Source: Leptonemataceae bacterium
GTDB taxonomy: Bacteria; Spirochaetota; Leptospiria; Leptospirales; Leptonemataceae
Reading direction: 5' to 3'
NCBI GenBank assembly: GCA_965227295.1
Contig: OZ245742.1
Span: forward strand, 3,424,001-3,488,000
DNA length: 64,000 bases
Shown here piece after piece: positions 8,645 through 18,769 of the stretch. The translations under genes were made by a program, and so were the position numbers. The notes under the pieces were generated by a model, which was given only the letters and a program-made list of their open reading frames with translations, searched no databases and was not told the origin of the DNA. Position 1 is the first letter of the stretch. The number at the start of each line of letters is the position of its first letter.

Positions 8645-10404
8645 GCTTGGGCTCTCCGCCACGGGTGGAATGCGTTCCGTGGAATGTGTTTTTCCAGTTC
8701 CGGATGATGGCGGACGATGACGTCTTTCATCGTCGTGTTGTCGATGTACTTCAGGCCCCAGCCGGTGTAGTATTCTTTCGTGTAGCAGCTTGTGAAAAAG
8801 CGATCCGTTAACAATCGCCGAGATGCCATTAAGACGAAAATCTGAAACGCCGTTTCGCCGAAACCGAAGCCCGGCGGTCGCCGCAGGGGGCCGTCCTCTG
8901 CCAGGCAGCCCACGAGCAGGTCCACCGCTTCGATCTCGCCGTTGTAGGCCTCGCTCAGTTCTTTTGCGATGTTCGGATCCGGATTGATCTCATCGAAGGA
9001 CTTCAATTCCGGGAGCTGGATCAACCTACGCAGCGCGTTGTAACGCGGGATCTGGCGTTCCCGATCGCGCAGGATGTCGATGGTGGCGAGATCGATGCGA
9101 ACGCCGCCGTGGTGCGGGGGCATTTGCAAATCCTGCAAGAAGCGCGGATAGTTGTGCAGAGTGAGCGCGCCGGGATGGACGGTACCGAACGAGTACATCA
9201 GATCCGTAAGATCGTACGGCGCCATGGCAGTACGGGTCTGCCGGTTTACCGCGTCCCCGGTGGGAAGCACGGCCAGGGCGGAGTCGTCCCGATGGGAGCG
9301 CAGGTCCAGTTCTTCGGGCAACAGCGGATGCAGGCGATAGACGGCGACGAATTCCTCGGTGAGCGTGTGTTCGGTACCGTGGTAGTTGCGCTTCGAACCG
9401 ACGATGCCGCTCAGAATGGGATTGCCGGTATGAAAAAGCTTCTTGATGTGCCGGCCGAGCAGGCCCCACCAGTTCGCCTTCATGGCGATGTCCAGGACCT
9501 TCGTCTGTAAAATGCCCGGCGTCCATTCCACCGTGTGGATTTTCGCCATGAGAGCGGTGTTGATGAGCCGCGCACGCTGGAACAGCTCTTCGTCCTGCAT
9601 TGCGGGATGGAGGCGCTTGAGTTCTTCGCAGATAAAGTTATGTTCTTTGGTCATTAAGGTGTGGAGCAGCGAGAGGCCGGCCCAGTAGTTCTCCTGGGTG
9701 CCGGTGAGGTCCACACCGAGGTGCTCGTCTTCAAGCAGGCGGCCGTCCGCGCCGATCTTCAAGTGCCCGCCTTCGCGGCTGCGCAGGCGCTCGCATTTTT
9801 CCCGGCTGTTGCCGTAGAGCTGGGTGCCGTCCCACCAGTGCGAGAAGTCGTTAGCGTAGGTCAGGATGCCGGGGTGCTTCGGATCGCTCCCGGAAACCGT
9901 GGCCGGCACGATCATGGGATCTTCGTGCCAGTCGTCATCCTCGGGCAGGGGGACCTCGTGATGTTCGGTGGTGGAGTTCACGTGAAAGAACCAGTCGTGG
10001 GCCATGAACTGAATCCAGGCGGCGGCGTGCAGGTTCAGAATCTTCGCCGGAATGAACTCCTTACGCCGCAGCAGTCGTCGGCTGATTTCCCGCGGATTCG
10101 GTTCGTTCAGTCGACGATCCTTGAGTTGCACGAGATTTTGCAGGGGGACATTGCGTCCGAAGGGCAATCGTCGCGTGCCCACGGCGGGGCTTTCCAGGTC
10201 GTTGCCCGCTCCTTCGGCGTCGCGATAGCGTTGATCCCCCGTCTGTACATCCGGAAGTAATCCATAAGTATTATGTAAGTTCTTTTTTAAGAGAGCACTG
10301 CGAATGAAGACGAGGTGTATGAGTGCCATGAGCCAGTTTCGGCTGTGCCAGGGGCGTTTGCTGTTCGGTTTTGTGATGTATGTACGCAGTCGCTGGAAGA
10401 TCAT
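8641..10404 (-). CDS. Animal-type heme peroxidase / fatty-acid alpha-dioxygenase-like protein
   Basis: AWIQFMAHDW, SHWWDGTQLYG, AKIHTVEWT, TEEFVAVYRLH, MASRRLLTDRFFT. Confidence 0.9.
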   Translation of the reverse strand: MIFQRLRTYITKPNSKRPWHSRNWLMALIHLVFIRSALLKKNLHNTYGLLPDVQTGDQRYRDAEGAGNDLESPAVGTRRLPFGRNVPLQNLVQLKDRRLNEPNPREISRRLLRRKEFIPAKILNLHAAAWIQFMAHDWFFHVNSTTEHHEVPLPEDDDWHEDPMIVPATVSGSDPKHPGILTYANDFSHWWDGTQLYGNSREKCERLRSREGGHLKIGADGRLLEDEHLGVDLTGTQENYWAGLSLLHTLMTKEHNFICEELKRLHPAMQDEELFQRARLINTALMAKIHTVEWTPGILQTKVLDIAMKANWWGLLGRHIKKLFHTGNPILSGIVGSKRNYHGTEHTLTEEFVAVYRLHPLLPEELDLRSHRDDSALAVLPTGDAVNRQTRTAMAPYDLTDLMYSFGTVHPGALTLHNYPRFLQDLQMPPHHGGVRIDLATIDILRDRERQIPRYNALRRLIQLPELKSFDEINPDPNIAKELSEAYNGEIEAVDLLVGCLAEDGPLRRPPGFGFGETAFQIFVLMASRRLLTDRFFTSCYTKEYYTGWGLKYIDNTTMKDVIVRHHPELEKHIPRNAFHPWRRAQA

Positions 10405-10481
10405 GGGTTCCTCTTTACGTCTGGAGTAGACGAAAGATCATCCATGAAAATGACGAGTGCTTAGAACTTTGTAAAAAAAAC

Positions 10482-13400
10482 TTAGTGGGCGGCCGGGGTT
10501 TGAGGGCGTAGCGGCAGGGTGATGGTGAAGCGGGCGTAGTTCCCGGCCTCGGAATCGAAACGCAATTGCCCGCCGTGTTTGCCGACCACGACGTCGTGAC
10601 TCAGGGAGAGGCCCAGGCCGACGCCGATGCCGGACGGTTTCGTTGTGAAGAACGGCGTGAAGATGCGTTGTCGATGTTCCGACTGAACGCCTTCCCCGTT
10701 GTCGTAAAACTCAATGATCACGAACTCACCCTCCCGGCGCAGGGATACGCGGAGGAGCGGACGGTAGGTGTCGTCGTCCTCCGCCTCGGCGCGCTCCGCG
10801 CGTTCCTGTAAGGAATCGAAGGCGTTGCGGGCGAGGTTCACGAACACCCGGGACATGTCCTGAACAAAGACGGGCACCCGGGGCAGGTTCGCCTCGAAAT
10901 CCCGTTCGATTTCCGGTAAGAACAGACCGCTGCGGGTTTTTGTTCCGAAGTAAACGAGGTCCAGGTCTTCTTTGAGTACGGTTTCGAGGTCCGTGAGCTC
11001 GCGCTCCTTCGACGGATCCCGGGCGTGCATGAGCATGCCGCGCACGATGCGATCAATGCGGCCGCCGTGTTCGTAGATCTTGCCCGCGTTCGTTTGAATG
11101 ATTTCCAGCAATTCTTGCAGGGATTCGCGTTGTTCCGTGGGTATTTCCGCCAGCTCTTCGAGCATATCCTCGACGACGCGCCGGGACATGTCGGCGAAGT
11201 TGTTGACGAAGTTCAGCGGGTTTTTGATTTCGTGGGCGATGCCCGCGGTCAGTTGTCCGAGGGACGCTAACTTTTCCTGAGAAATAATTTGTTCCTGCAT
11301 CTTACGCAGGTCGGCCAGGGCGTTTTCCAGGCTCTCGGTTTTTTCTTTGAGGTCCTCGGTGCGCTTCTCGACCATCTGTTCCAGGCGGCCGGCGTAGCCC
11401 TGCAACTCCTGGAGGGTGTCGCGCAATTTGAGATGGGTTTCCACCCGGGCCAGGAGTTCGCGCCGGCTGAAGGGTTTCGTGATGTAATCGTTGGCGCCGG
11501 CTTCCAGGGCGGCCACGAGGTCGGTGACCTGGTTTTTCGCGGAGAGGATGATGATGGGCAGTTCCGAGGCGGGATGTTCCTCGCGTAACGTGCGGCAGAC
11601 ATCGAAGCCGGAGATGCGCGGCATCATTAAATCGAGCAACACCAGGTCCGGCGGTTTGCCGGAAATCATTTCGAGGGCCTGGAAACCGTCCGTGGCCGTG
11701 CTCACTTCGATGCGCGCGTCGCTCAGATAGTCCTCCAACACCTGGATGTTTACCGGTTCATCGTCCACGACCAGGACGCGTTCGCCGTGAAAGCGCTTGT
11801 CCCGCGCCGCGGCGCGGCCGGCGGCGATGGGCATGCCGTGGATTTCCGGGGCCGGAGAGAAACTACTCAAGAGCGCGTCGCCCGCGCGCGTTTCGTCGCC
11901 GGACGTGAGGCCGCCGGCCTTGAGTTCCGGTCCGGCGCGCTCCAGTAAAAACGAAAACACGGAACCCTCGCCGACCCGGCTGTCGAGTTCGATCTCCGAG
12001 CCGTGCAGGCGCGTAAGGCTGCTGACGATGCTCAGTCCGAGGCCGCTGCCGCCGAACTCCCGCGCAATGGTGCCGTCGGCCTGTTCGAAAGAATCGAAGA
12101 TGCGCTGCTGTTGGTCTTCGGAAATGCCGATGCCCGTATCGTACACGGCCAGGCGAATGCGCTCGCCTTCGCGTTTGCCGATCAATCGAATGTCTCCGCC
12201 CGGCGGCGTAAACTTTACAGCGTTGCCGACCAGGTTCAGTAAGATTTGCTGGAGGCGATTTTCGTCGGCGGCGGCCAGGGGAAGGTCCGGATCGAAGTCG
12301 CCCTTTAGCTGGAGGCCCTTGCGTTCGGCCAGGGGCATGCTCACCTGTAAAACCAACTCACCGATCTTTTCGGCGTCCACGGCGCGCAGTTGTAGTTGCA
12401 GTTCGCCGTTCTTGAGTTTCGAAAAGTCGAGGATATCGTTTACCAGCGACGATAGGCGCTGACCGCTGGAGATGATCATGCCCAGGTTGCGCCGGAGTCG
12501 CTCGGGGTCTTCCGCACTGAACAAACACGACTCCGCCAGGCCGATGATGCCGTTGAGCGGTGTCCGCAGTTCATGGGACGTGTTCGCGAGGAATTCATCT
12601 TTCAGACGATCCGCGCGCTGCAAACTTTCGATGGCCAGTTCACGGCTTTTCAGGGCCTCGCGCCGGGCGAATTCTTTTTCTTCTTTAATGAGATTGAACC
12701 GATCCGCGAGGCCGAGAGACAGCAGCCATACCTCAAGAGCCGAGCCGAACTGAATGGCGTTGCGGGTAAAGAAGGTATCCGGTACGAGGCCCAGGCCGTA
12801 AAAGATGTACAGTGACGCGCCGAAGAAGAGCAGGCCCCAGGCGGCCATGTAAAAACGAGCCGGGCGATCTCCGCGCCACAACGAAATGCCGCCGGCGGTC
12901 ATGACCGCGAGAATCGTAACGAAAGAAAAGTATGACTTAAGGCTGACCAGATACTCCGGCAGGGAAATCTCAAGCAGCCAGAGCGGATAGGCCAGGAGCA
13001 TCATGATGCTCAGAATGCGATGCATAACCGGCGAGTTGTCCCGGGTGCGTAGATAACTGCGGGCGAAGCTGTTTACGAAGAACGCCGTGTTGTAGACGGA
13101 GAAGTGAATCAGGAAGGCGTAGGCTGCGGGGGTCGCGGGCCAGAGGTACTCCGCCCCGATGCCCGAGAGGGTCAGCATCATCAGCAGAAAACTGGCCACG
13201 AAGAGGACGTACTGGAGATAGCTTCCCTCGCGAATGGATACGAACAAGAAGAGGTTGTAGAGGATCATCACGGTGAGGATGCCCGCGTACATACCGTGGA
13301 AGAGTTTTTCGAAGGTGGCGATTTCCCAGAAGGTGCGCGCTTCCCGGATGAGCGGCGGCAGATTCAACGGCGCGCGCTCCCCGATGATGCGCAGATAGAT

Positions 13401-13907
13401 CGGATGTTCCGGGTGGAGGTCGTCCACCGGAAGTTTGAAGACCGGCTGAAAGTGCCGGATCTCGCGCTTCACAAACGCCACGGACTGACCGTTGCGTTGT
13501 TCCACGTAACGCCCGTCTTCGTAGACATACAATCGGGCGTCGTCGATCAATGGATAGTTTACTTCCAGGACGTAGTCGCGCTCCGTCGCCTCCGCTCGTA
13601 CGGGCAGACGAATCCAGAAGGCCGAGCGGGAATAACCCACCGCCTTCTGACCGTCGCGAAACGTGAAGACCGCCGGCGGCAGTTGGAGGATGTCCCGGAT
13701 TGTAAGCTGACGCCCGGGATCCTCGTACACCGCCCAGGCGTAGTCCCGCAGATCGTAGGAGTCCTGGTCGGCCTTCAGAACCAGGGGCCGTTCGACGGTC
13801 AGACGGACGGGATTGCTGCGGTCGCCCGCGGGTGAGTTCGGACCCGGGATGCAGGCCGTCAGGCCCAGGAACAACACCGGCATGAGAGTGAATGGCGGAC
13901 GGCGCAC
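10482..13907 (-). CDS. 7TM-DISM hybrid kinase with HK-REC-HK architecture
   Basis: SHELRTPLN, receiver LLDLMMP, second H-box AHEIKNPLNF. Start GTG 13907 or ATG 13883; the longer ORF overlaps the TauD gene and its extension looks spurious. Confidence 0.92.
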   Translation of the reverse strand: MRRPPFTLMPVLFLGLTACIPGPNSPAGDRSNPVRLTVERPLVLKADQDSYDLRDYAWAVYEDPGRQLTIRDILQLPPAVFTFRDGQKAVGYSRSAFWIRLPVRAEATERDYVLEVNYPLIDDARLYVYEDGRYVEQRNGQSVAFVKREIRHFQPVFKLPVDDLHPEHPIYLRIIGERAPLNLPPLIREARTFWEIATFEKLFHGMYAGILTVMILYNLFLFVSIREGSYLQYVLFVASFLLMMLTLSGIGAEYLWPATPAAYAFLIHFSVYNTAFFVNSFARSYLRTRDNSPVMHRILSIMMLLAYPLWLLEISLPEYLVSLKSYFSFVTILAVMTAGGISLWRGDRPARFYMAAWGLLFFGASLYIFYGLGLVPDTFFTRNAIQFGSALEVWLLSLGLADRFNLIKEEKEFARREALKSRELAIESLQRADRLKDEFLANTSHELRTPLNGIIGLAESCLFSAEDPERLRRNLGMIISSGQRLSSLVNDILDFSKLKNGELQLQLRAVDAEKIGELVLQVSMPLAERKGLQLKGDFDPDLPLAAADENRLQQILLNLVGNAVKFTPPGGDIRLIGKREGERIRLAVYDTGIGISEDQQQRIFDSFEQADGTIAREFGGSGLGLSIVSSLTRLHGSEIELDSRVGEGSVFSFLLERAGPELKAGGLTSGDETRAGDALLSSFSPAPEIHGMPIAAGRAAARDKRFHGERVLVVDDEPVNIQVLEDYLSDARIEVSTATDGFQALEMISGKPPDLVLLDLMMPRISGFDVCRTLREEHPASELPIIILSAKNQVTDLVAALEAGANDYITKPFSRRELLARVETHLKLRDTLQELQGYAGRLEQMVEKRTEDLKEKTESLENALADLRKMQEQIISQEKLASLGQLTAGIAHEIKNPLNFVNNFADMSRRVVEDMLEELAEIPTEQRESLQELLEIIQTNAGKIYEHGGRIDRIVRGMLMHARDPSKERELTDLETVLKEDLDLVYFGTKTRSGLFLPEIERDFEANLPRVPVFVQDMSRVFVNLARNAFDSLQERAERAEAEDDDTYRPLLRVSLRREGEFVIIEFYDNGEGVQSEHRQRIFTPFFTTKPSGIGVGLGLSLSHDVVVGKHGGQLRFDSEAGNYARFTITLPLRPQTPAAH

Positions 13908-14042
13908 GGGATTGAAATACGGTGGATGGAACAGATACGGACAATCAAAAAACGTACAAACTTCGGCAGATCTAAAATTTACGCCGGAAACCCGTGCTAT
14001 ATTTTCATTGACCACTGCTCCGGCACGGGCCGTTTTTGTGAC

Positions 14043-14906
14043 GTGCAGACCCAAACCCATCGCAATACCGGGATTGAGATTTGCCCGCTCACGGGCGCCC
14101 TCGGTGCTGAAATCCGCGGCGTGCAAATCCGCGAGCTGGACGACGCGGGCTTCGCCGCCGTTCACGACGCCTTTCTGAAGTACGGGGCAATATTCTTTCG
14201 CGAGCAGGAGCTGGACCGGCAGGCCCAGATCGACTTCGCGCGGCGCTTCGGCGAGCTGGAGGTCCATCCCATTGTCAACGGCATGGACGAACATCCCGAG
14301 ATCATTCAGGTGCTCAAACCGGCGGGGGAGCCGGCGACGTTCGGTACCGGCTGGCACACGGACAACTCCTTCTTTGAAAAACCCAGCCTGGGTTCGGTGC
14401 TGCACGGGGTCACGATCCCGCCCCACGGCGGCGACACGCTTTTTGCGAATCAGTATCTGGCCTACGAGAAATTGTCGGATGGTATCAAGAAAGTTCTCGA
14501 TGGTCTGACGGCCGTGCACTCCGCCGGCCCGGCCTATACCTCGGAATCGGCGAAGGAAAAATACGAGGGCAAAACGGCGATTACGTATCGCTGGTCTGAT
14601 TCGGTGCATGCCGAGGTGGAGCATCCGGTGGTGCGCACGCATCCGGGGAGCGGTCGCAGGGCGTTGTACGTGAATCCCATGTTCACCCAGCGTTTCAAGG
14701 GTTGGACCGCGGCCGAGAGCGCGCCGTTGCTAAAGTATCTTTATGATTTTTGCGTGAAGCCCGAGTTCTGTTGCCGTTTCCGGTGGACACCGAACGCCGT
14801 CGCCGTCTGGGACAATCGTTGCGTACAACACTACGCGGTGGACGACTACCAGGAGTACGAACGACTGATGTTCCGGGTGACCATCTCCGGCGAGCGGCCG
14901 GTTTAA
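14043..14906 (+). CDS. TauD/TfdA Fe(II)/2-oxoglutarate dioxygenase
   Basis: WHTD, GGDTLF, HPVVRTHP, WDNRCVQH; start approximate. Confidence 0.93.
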   Translation: MQTQTHRNTGIEICPLTGALGAEIRGVQIRELDDAGFAAVHDAFLKYGAIFFREQELDRQAQIDFARRFGELEVHPIVNGMDEHPEIIQVLKPAGEPATFGTGWHTDNSFFEKPSLGSVLHGVTIPPHGGDTLFANQYLAYEKLSDGIKKVLDGLTAVHSAGPAYTSESAKEKYEGKTAITYRWSDSVHAEVEHPVVRTHPGSGRRALYVNPMFTQRFKGWTAAESAPLLKYLYDFCVKPEFCCRFRWTPNAVAVWDNRCVQHYAVDDYQEYERLMFRVTISGERPV

Positions 14907-14915
14907 GATGGGACG

Positions 14916-15046
14916 ACTCCGAGGACCGAGGCACCGAGCTTTTATGGGAGAGGCCGGCATGGGACGGACGCGGGGTAAGTTAAGATCGCGGTAGGGTTCT
15001 TTTTTCTCCGCCCTGAGTCATTCCTCGGTTCCTCGGTCCTCGGAGT
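14916..15046. repeat. 23-bp inverted repeat pair (22/23 match) built from CCGAGG sub-repeats
   Basis: ACTCCGAGGACCGAGGCACCGAG (14916-14938) versus CTCGGTTCCTCGGTCCTCGGAGT (15024-15046). Confidence 0.8.
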
Positions 15047-15066
15047 TTTCTTAAAAGAGATTACAC

Positions 15067-15927
15067 GTGAACTTTCTCATCGTTGACGGTTACGCCCCGG
15101 ACGCCCGCGCGAAGCTCGGCGCCGCCGGGTGCACGCTCGCGGGGGATCTCTATGCGCGCATGGTCGAAGACTACGCGCCGGGCGCGCGCTACGAGATCGT
15201 CCATCCCGCCGACGGGCCGGAGTTTCTTGCGCGTCCCTTAGCTGATTTTGATTCGTTGTTATGGACCGGGTCGTCGTTGAATATCTATGACGACATTCCC
15301 GGGGTTCGTCGTCAGGTCGAGCTGGCGCGCGCGGCATTTTCCGCGGGAGTGCCTTCGTTCGGGAGTTGCTGGGCGTTGCACGTCGCCGTCACCGCCGCCG
15401 GGGGCAGGTGCCGGTTGAATCCGAACGGCCGGGAGTTCGGTATATCCCGGCGCATTGAGCTGAACGATGCCGGTCGCGCTCATCCCATGTTTGCCGATAA
15501 GCCGCCGGTGTTTGACGGTTTTACCTCGCACTTCGACGACGTCGAGGTGCTGCCGCGGGGATCGACGGCGCTCGCTTCGAACGGAGCGACTAACATCCAG
15601 GCGGCGGAGATTACGGCGAACGATACGTCGTTCTGGGCGGTGCAGTATCATCCGGAGTACGACCTGCGGGAGATTGCGGCGCTGGCTCGCTTTCGGGCGG
15701 AGGGTTTGATTGCCGAGGGGCGGTTTCGAGACGAGGACGACCTGCGCGGTTACTACGGGCGCTACGAGTCTTTGCATGATCGCTTTGATGAAGCGACGGC
15801 GCGGGAGTTGGAGATCGGCGCGGATTTGAGTGACGGTACCGTGCGCTGCGCGGAGTTTCGGGCGTGGGTGAAGTGGTTGGTTGGGGGGAGGGGAGCGATT
15901 CAAAGTTTTCGAGCAATTCCTGAATGA
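15067..15927 (+). CDS. Class I glutamine amidotransferase-like protein
   Basis: GSCWA nucleophile elbow, QYHPE. Confidence 0.88.
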   Translation: MNFLIVDGYAPDARAKLGAAGCTLAGDLYARMVEDYAPGARYEIVHPADGPEFLARPLADFDSLLWTGSSLNIYDDIPGVRRQVELARAAFSAGVPSFGSCWALHVAVTAAGGRCRLNPNGREFGISRRIELNDAGRAHPMFADKPPVFDGFTSHFDDVEVLPRGSTALASNGATNIQAAEITANDTSFWAVQYHPEYDLREIAALARFRAEGLIAEGRFRDEDDLRGYYGRYESLHDRFDEATARELEIGADLSDGTVRCAEFRAWVKWLVGGRGAIQSFRAIPE

Positions 15928-16330
15928 TCGCCTGTTGATCCCAAAGTCTCACTCTGAAAAACTGATTTTTTGTTTCCTTATCTACCGACGCCTTGAACCC
16001 GTTCCAGGAGACGAGCAGGCCGTGAGATGCATTTACGTTTTGCATTGTCCCGAGCAGTTGGTCGAGTGCCGGTCGATCGACAGGAGCATCCGAGGTCTTC
16101 ACCTGAACGCAGATTCGTGGTTCCCCGAAGCCGAGGCCTCCGGGAGCGGCGACTATGTCGACACCCTTATCAGGTCCGGGCGGACTTAATAAGTCTCATA
16201 TCCCTGGGCCTTTAGAATAGATTCAACGATTCGGGCCATCCCGTGCCCTTTGTATTTTCGTATAAGATACCTGGCTATTTGATCCTGGGCAATTTGTTCG
16301 AAATCGAAAACGCCCCGTTCGCAGTGAATC
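15890..16330 (-). pseudogene. Mrr-like restriction endonuclease fragment with two frameshifts
   Basis: Joined frames read KGHGMARIVESILKAQGYETY/SPPGPDKGVDIVAAP/GLGFGEPRICVQVKTSDAPVDRPALDQLLG...GLLVSWNGFK; AT-richer than its flanks. Confidence 0.8.
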
Positions 16331-16345
16331 CCGACAACCTCTCCG

Positions 16346-17347
16346 TCAACCCGCCAGAATTTTCGCCAGTTCCCCATCGGCGAACGCCCACACCGGCCGC
16401 CCCGGCTCTTCGCTTAACGTCTCCACTAACTTACCTGGAAAACCATCTACCACCGAACGCGCGCCGAACTCCGCGCGTTGGTTGATCAGCGAGCCCGCGC
16501 GCACGATCGAACCGGGGCCGACCCGACTGTTGTCGCATACGATGGCGCCGGGTTCGATCACCGAACCGCGGCCGATCGTGCAGCCGTGAATCATGGCGCC
16601 CGGACCGATGATCACGTCGTCCTCGATTACCAGCTCGTTTGACGGCAGCAGATGCAGCACGGTGTTGGCATGAATCTGCACCCGCGCGCCGATGCGTACG
16701 GGGCCGTGGGAATCGCCGATGATTTTTACGCCCGGGCCGATCGTGGAGCCGGCGCCGATGACGACGTCGCCCAGAATCTCGACGGACGGGAAAAGCGCGG
16801 CAGTCGCGTCGACGTGCGGATGTTTGTCGCGGAAGTCGTAGAGTTGTTGCATGGGTATATTCCGATGGTTGGAAATGATTTGCGGTTCGGCGTCGGGGAG
16901 GCTCAGGTCTCCGCCGCGCATTCGGCTTAACATCTCGTGATCTTTTGTTTGCAGCCGGCGGATGATCCGGCCCGGTCGGCCCAGGATGACCGACTCCGCC
17001 GGTATTTCGACACCTGCCGGGATGAGCGTGCCTTCGCCCAGGATGCAACGATCACCGAGTTTGGCGCCGGGCATGAGGATGGCGGCGTTGCCGACTTCAC
17101 ACAGATCGCCGACGGTTGCGCCGATGCACAACGTGCGATGCCCGAATACCGTCTTGCGACCGATGCGGCACGGCTGCTCGCTCGAACCCCAGGCGACGCA
17201 GTTTTCCAGAATCATCGACTGTGCACCGATCGTAAGACCACCGCGGTCGTGTAACACCGCGCCGAATGAGATATGCGTGCGCGGCCCGAGATGGACGTTG
17301 CCTGACAGCACGGCACTGTCGGCGATTTGCATCGGCGCGTCGGACAT
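16346..17347 (-). CDS. Tandem two-domain gamma-carbonic-anhydrase-like (LbH) protein
   Basis: Two hexapeptide-repeat domains; the second begins MQQLYDFRDKHPHVD near 16852. Confidence 0.85.
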   Translation of the reverse strand: MSDAPMQIADSAVLSGNVHLGPRTHISFGAVLHDRGGLTIGAQSMILENCVAWGSSEQPCRIGRKTVFGHRTLCIGATVGDLCEVGNAAILMPGAKLGDRCILGEGTLIPAGVEIPAESVILGRPGRIIRRLQTKDHEMLSRMRGGDLSLPDAEPQIISNHRNIPMQQLYDFRDKHPHVDATAALFPSVEILGDVVIGAGSTIGPGVKIIGDSHGPVRIGARVQIHANTVLHLLPSNELVIEDDVIIGPGAMIHGCTIGRGSVIEPGAIVCDNSRVGPGSIVRAGSLINQRAEFGARSVVDGFPGKLVETLSEEPGRPVWAFADGELAKILAG

Positions 17348-17386
17348 GTTTGTGGATACGCCCGGGCCGTGTACGATCAAGCAGTT

Positions 17387-18727
17387 TTAGCGCACCCGAA
17401 TCACCACCGGCATCCCATCCTTCGGTCGCAACGTAATCAGCGGCTCAATGCTGACATCCTTGCGCACGGGTTCCAGGTGAACGTTCGCCGCAATCCCGGC
17501 CAGCGCGATCACGAGTTCGGCCAGGGCAAAGTCCGCCCCGATGCACAGCCGCGGGCCGCCGCCGAACGGAAAGTACGCGTAGCCGAAGTCCCCGTCTCGT
17601 TTCGCCGGGCCGGCGTTCGGTACAAATCGCTCCGGAGAGAATGTTAGCGGATCTTCCCAGAACTGCGGATGGCGCCCGGTGAGCCACTGGGCGACGAACA
17701 ACTGCGCGCCGGCGGGGATGCGGTAACCCATCACATCGTCCGCACCGATCGCCCGGCGTGCGACGGTCCAGACCGGCGGATACAATCGCATCGCTTCCAG
17801 TACGACACCGCGCGTATAAGCAAGCTCCGGCACGTCCGCGAATGCCGGGACCGTGCCGCGGCCGACTTCCTGTTCCAGCACTTCGCGTTTCTCAGGATTC
17901 CGCGCGAGCAGGTACAACGTCCAGGTCAGCGCCGTGGCCGATGTTTCGTGTCCCGCGAGCAGCAGCGTGAGGACTTCATCGCGTAGCTGGTCGGCGTTCA
18001 TGGCCTGGCCGTCTTCGTCCCGGGCATTCATGAGCATGGCGAGTAGATCATCGTGTTCGTCGGGGTGATTGCGGCGTGCGTCGATGATCTCGTTCACGAT
18101 GCGGCGCAGTTCTTTTACGGCGCGACGCAATCGAAAGTCCAGGGGCAGGAAGTGCACGAAGTTCGGCACGCCGGTGAACACGCGTTTTGTCAGCAGCTTG
18201 TTCGCGCGATCCAGGGCGTCGCCGAGGGCGGCGGCTTCTTTTGTAAGATCGCGGCTGAAGAGGGCGAGCCCCGCAATGCGCAACGCCAGGCGCGCCGCTG
18301 CTTCGGCCAGGTCCACGCTTTCGCCGTCGCGGCGTTTCCATTCCGTGACGAGATCGGCCGTGCACTCGTGCATCCGGCGCCCGTACAACTCAATACGTTT
18401 GCGGTGAAAGGCCGGCTGGATCAAACGGCGCTGCTTTAGCCAGGACGCCCCCTCGTTCGTGAGCAGGCCCGTTCCGAAGAGTCGCGCCGCTAATAGCCTG
18501 TAATCGAAGGTTTGTTTGTCGTAGTTGGTATGATTGGATTGCAGTACGCGTTCCACCGCGTCCGGATGAATGAAGAGATAACCCTGTTCCAGACCGAAGC
18601 GAAAACGTACGATCTCGGAGAAACGTTCGCCCGTGCGGTCGAGGAAGCCCAGCGGGTCTCTGGCAAACGCGAGGATGTGACCGATGAGCGGAAGGCCGCC
18701 GGGGAGTTGAGGGACTTCGCGAGGCAT
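17387..18727 (-). CDS. Cytochrome P450
   Basis: AGHETS, EAMRLYPP, FSPERF, FGGGPRLCIG. Confidence 0.97.
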   Translation of the reverse strand: MPREVPQLPGGLPLIGHILAFARDPLGFLDRTGERFSEIVRFRFGLEQGYLFIHPDAVERVLQSNHTNYDKQTFDYRLLAARLFGTGLLTNEGASWLKQRRLIQPAFHRKRIELYGRRMHECTADLVTEWKRRDGESVDLAEAAARLALRIAGLALFSRDLTKEAAALGDALDRANKLLTKRVFTGVPNFVHFLPLDFRLRRAVKELRRIVNEIIDARRNHPDEHDDLLAMLMNARDEDGQAMNADQLRDEVLTLLLAGHETSATALTWTLYLLARNPEKREVLEQEVGRGTVPAFADVPELAYTRGVVLEAMRLYPPVWTVARRAIGADDVMGYRIPAGAQLFVAQWLTGRHPQFWEDPLTFSPERFVPNAGPAKRDGDFGYAYFPFGGGPRLCIGADFALAELVIALAGIAANVHLEPVRKDVSIEPLITLRPKDGMPVVIRVR

Positions 18728-18769
18728 GGCCGGATGAACTCACAGGAGGATGAGCGGTCGAGAGGTTTC

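Noticed and set aside
13908..14642. N-terminal extension of the 1386-aa kinase ORF
   Set aside because: It is antisense to the TauD gene; the real start is near 13907/13883
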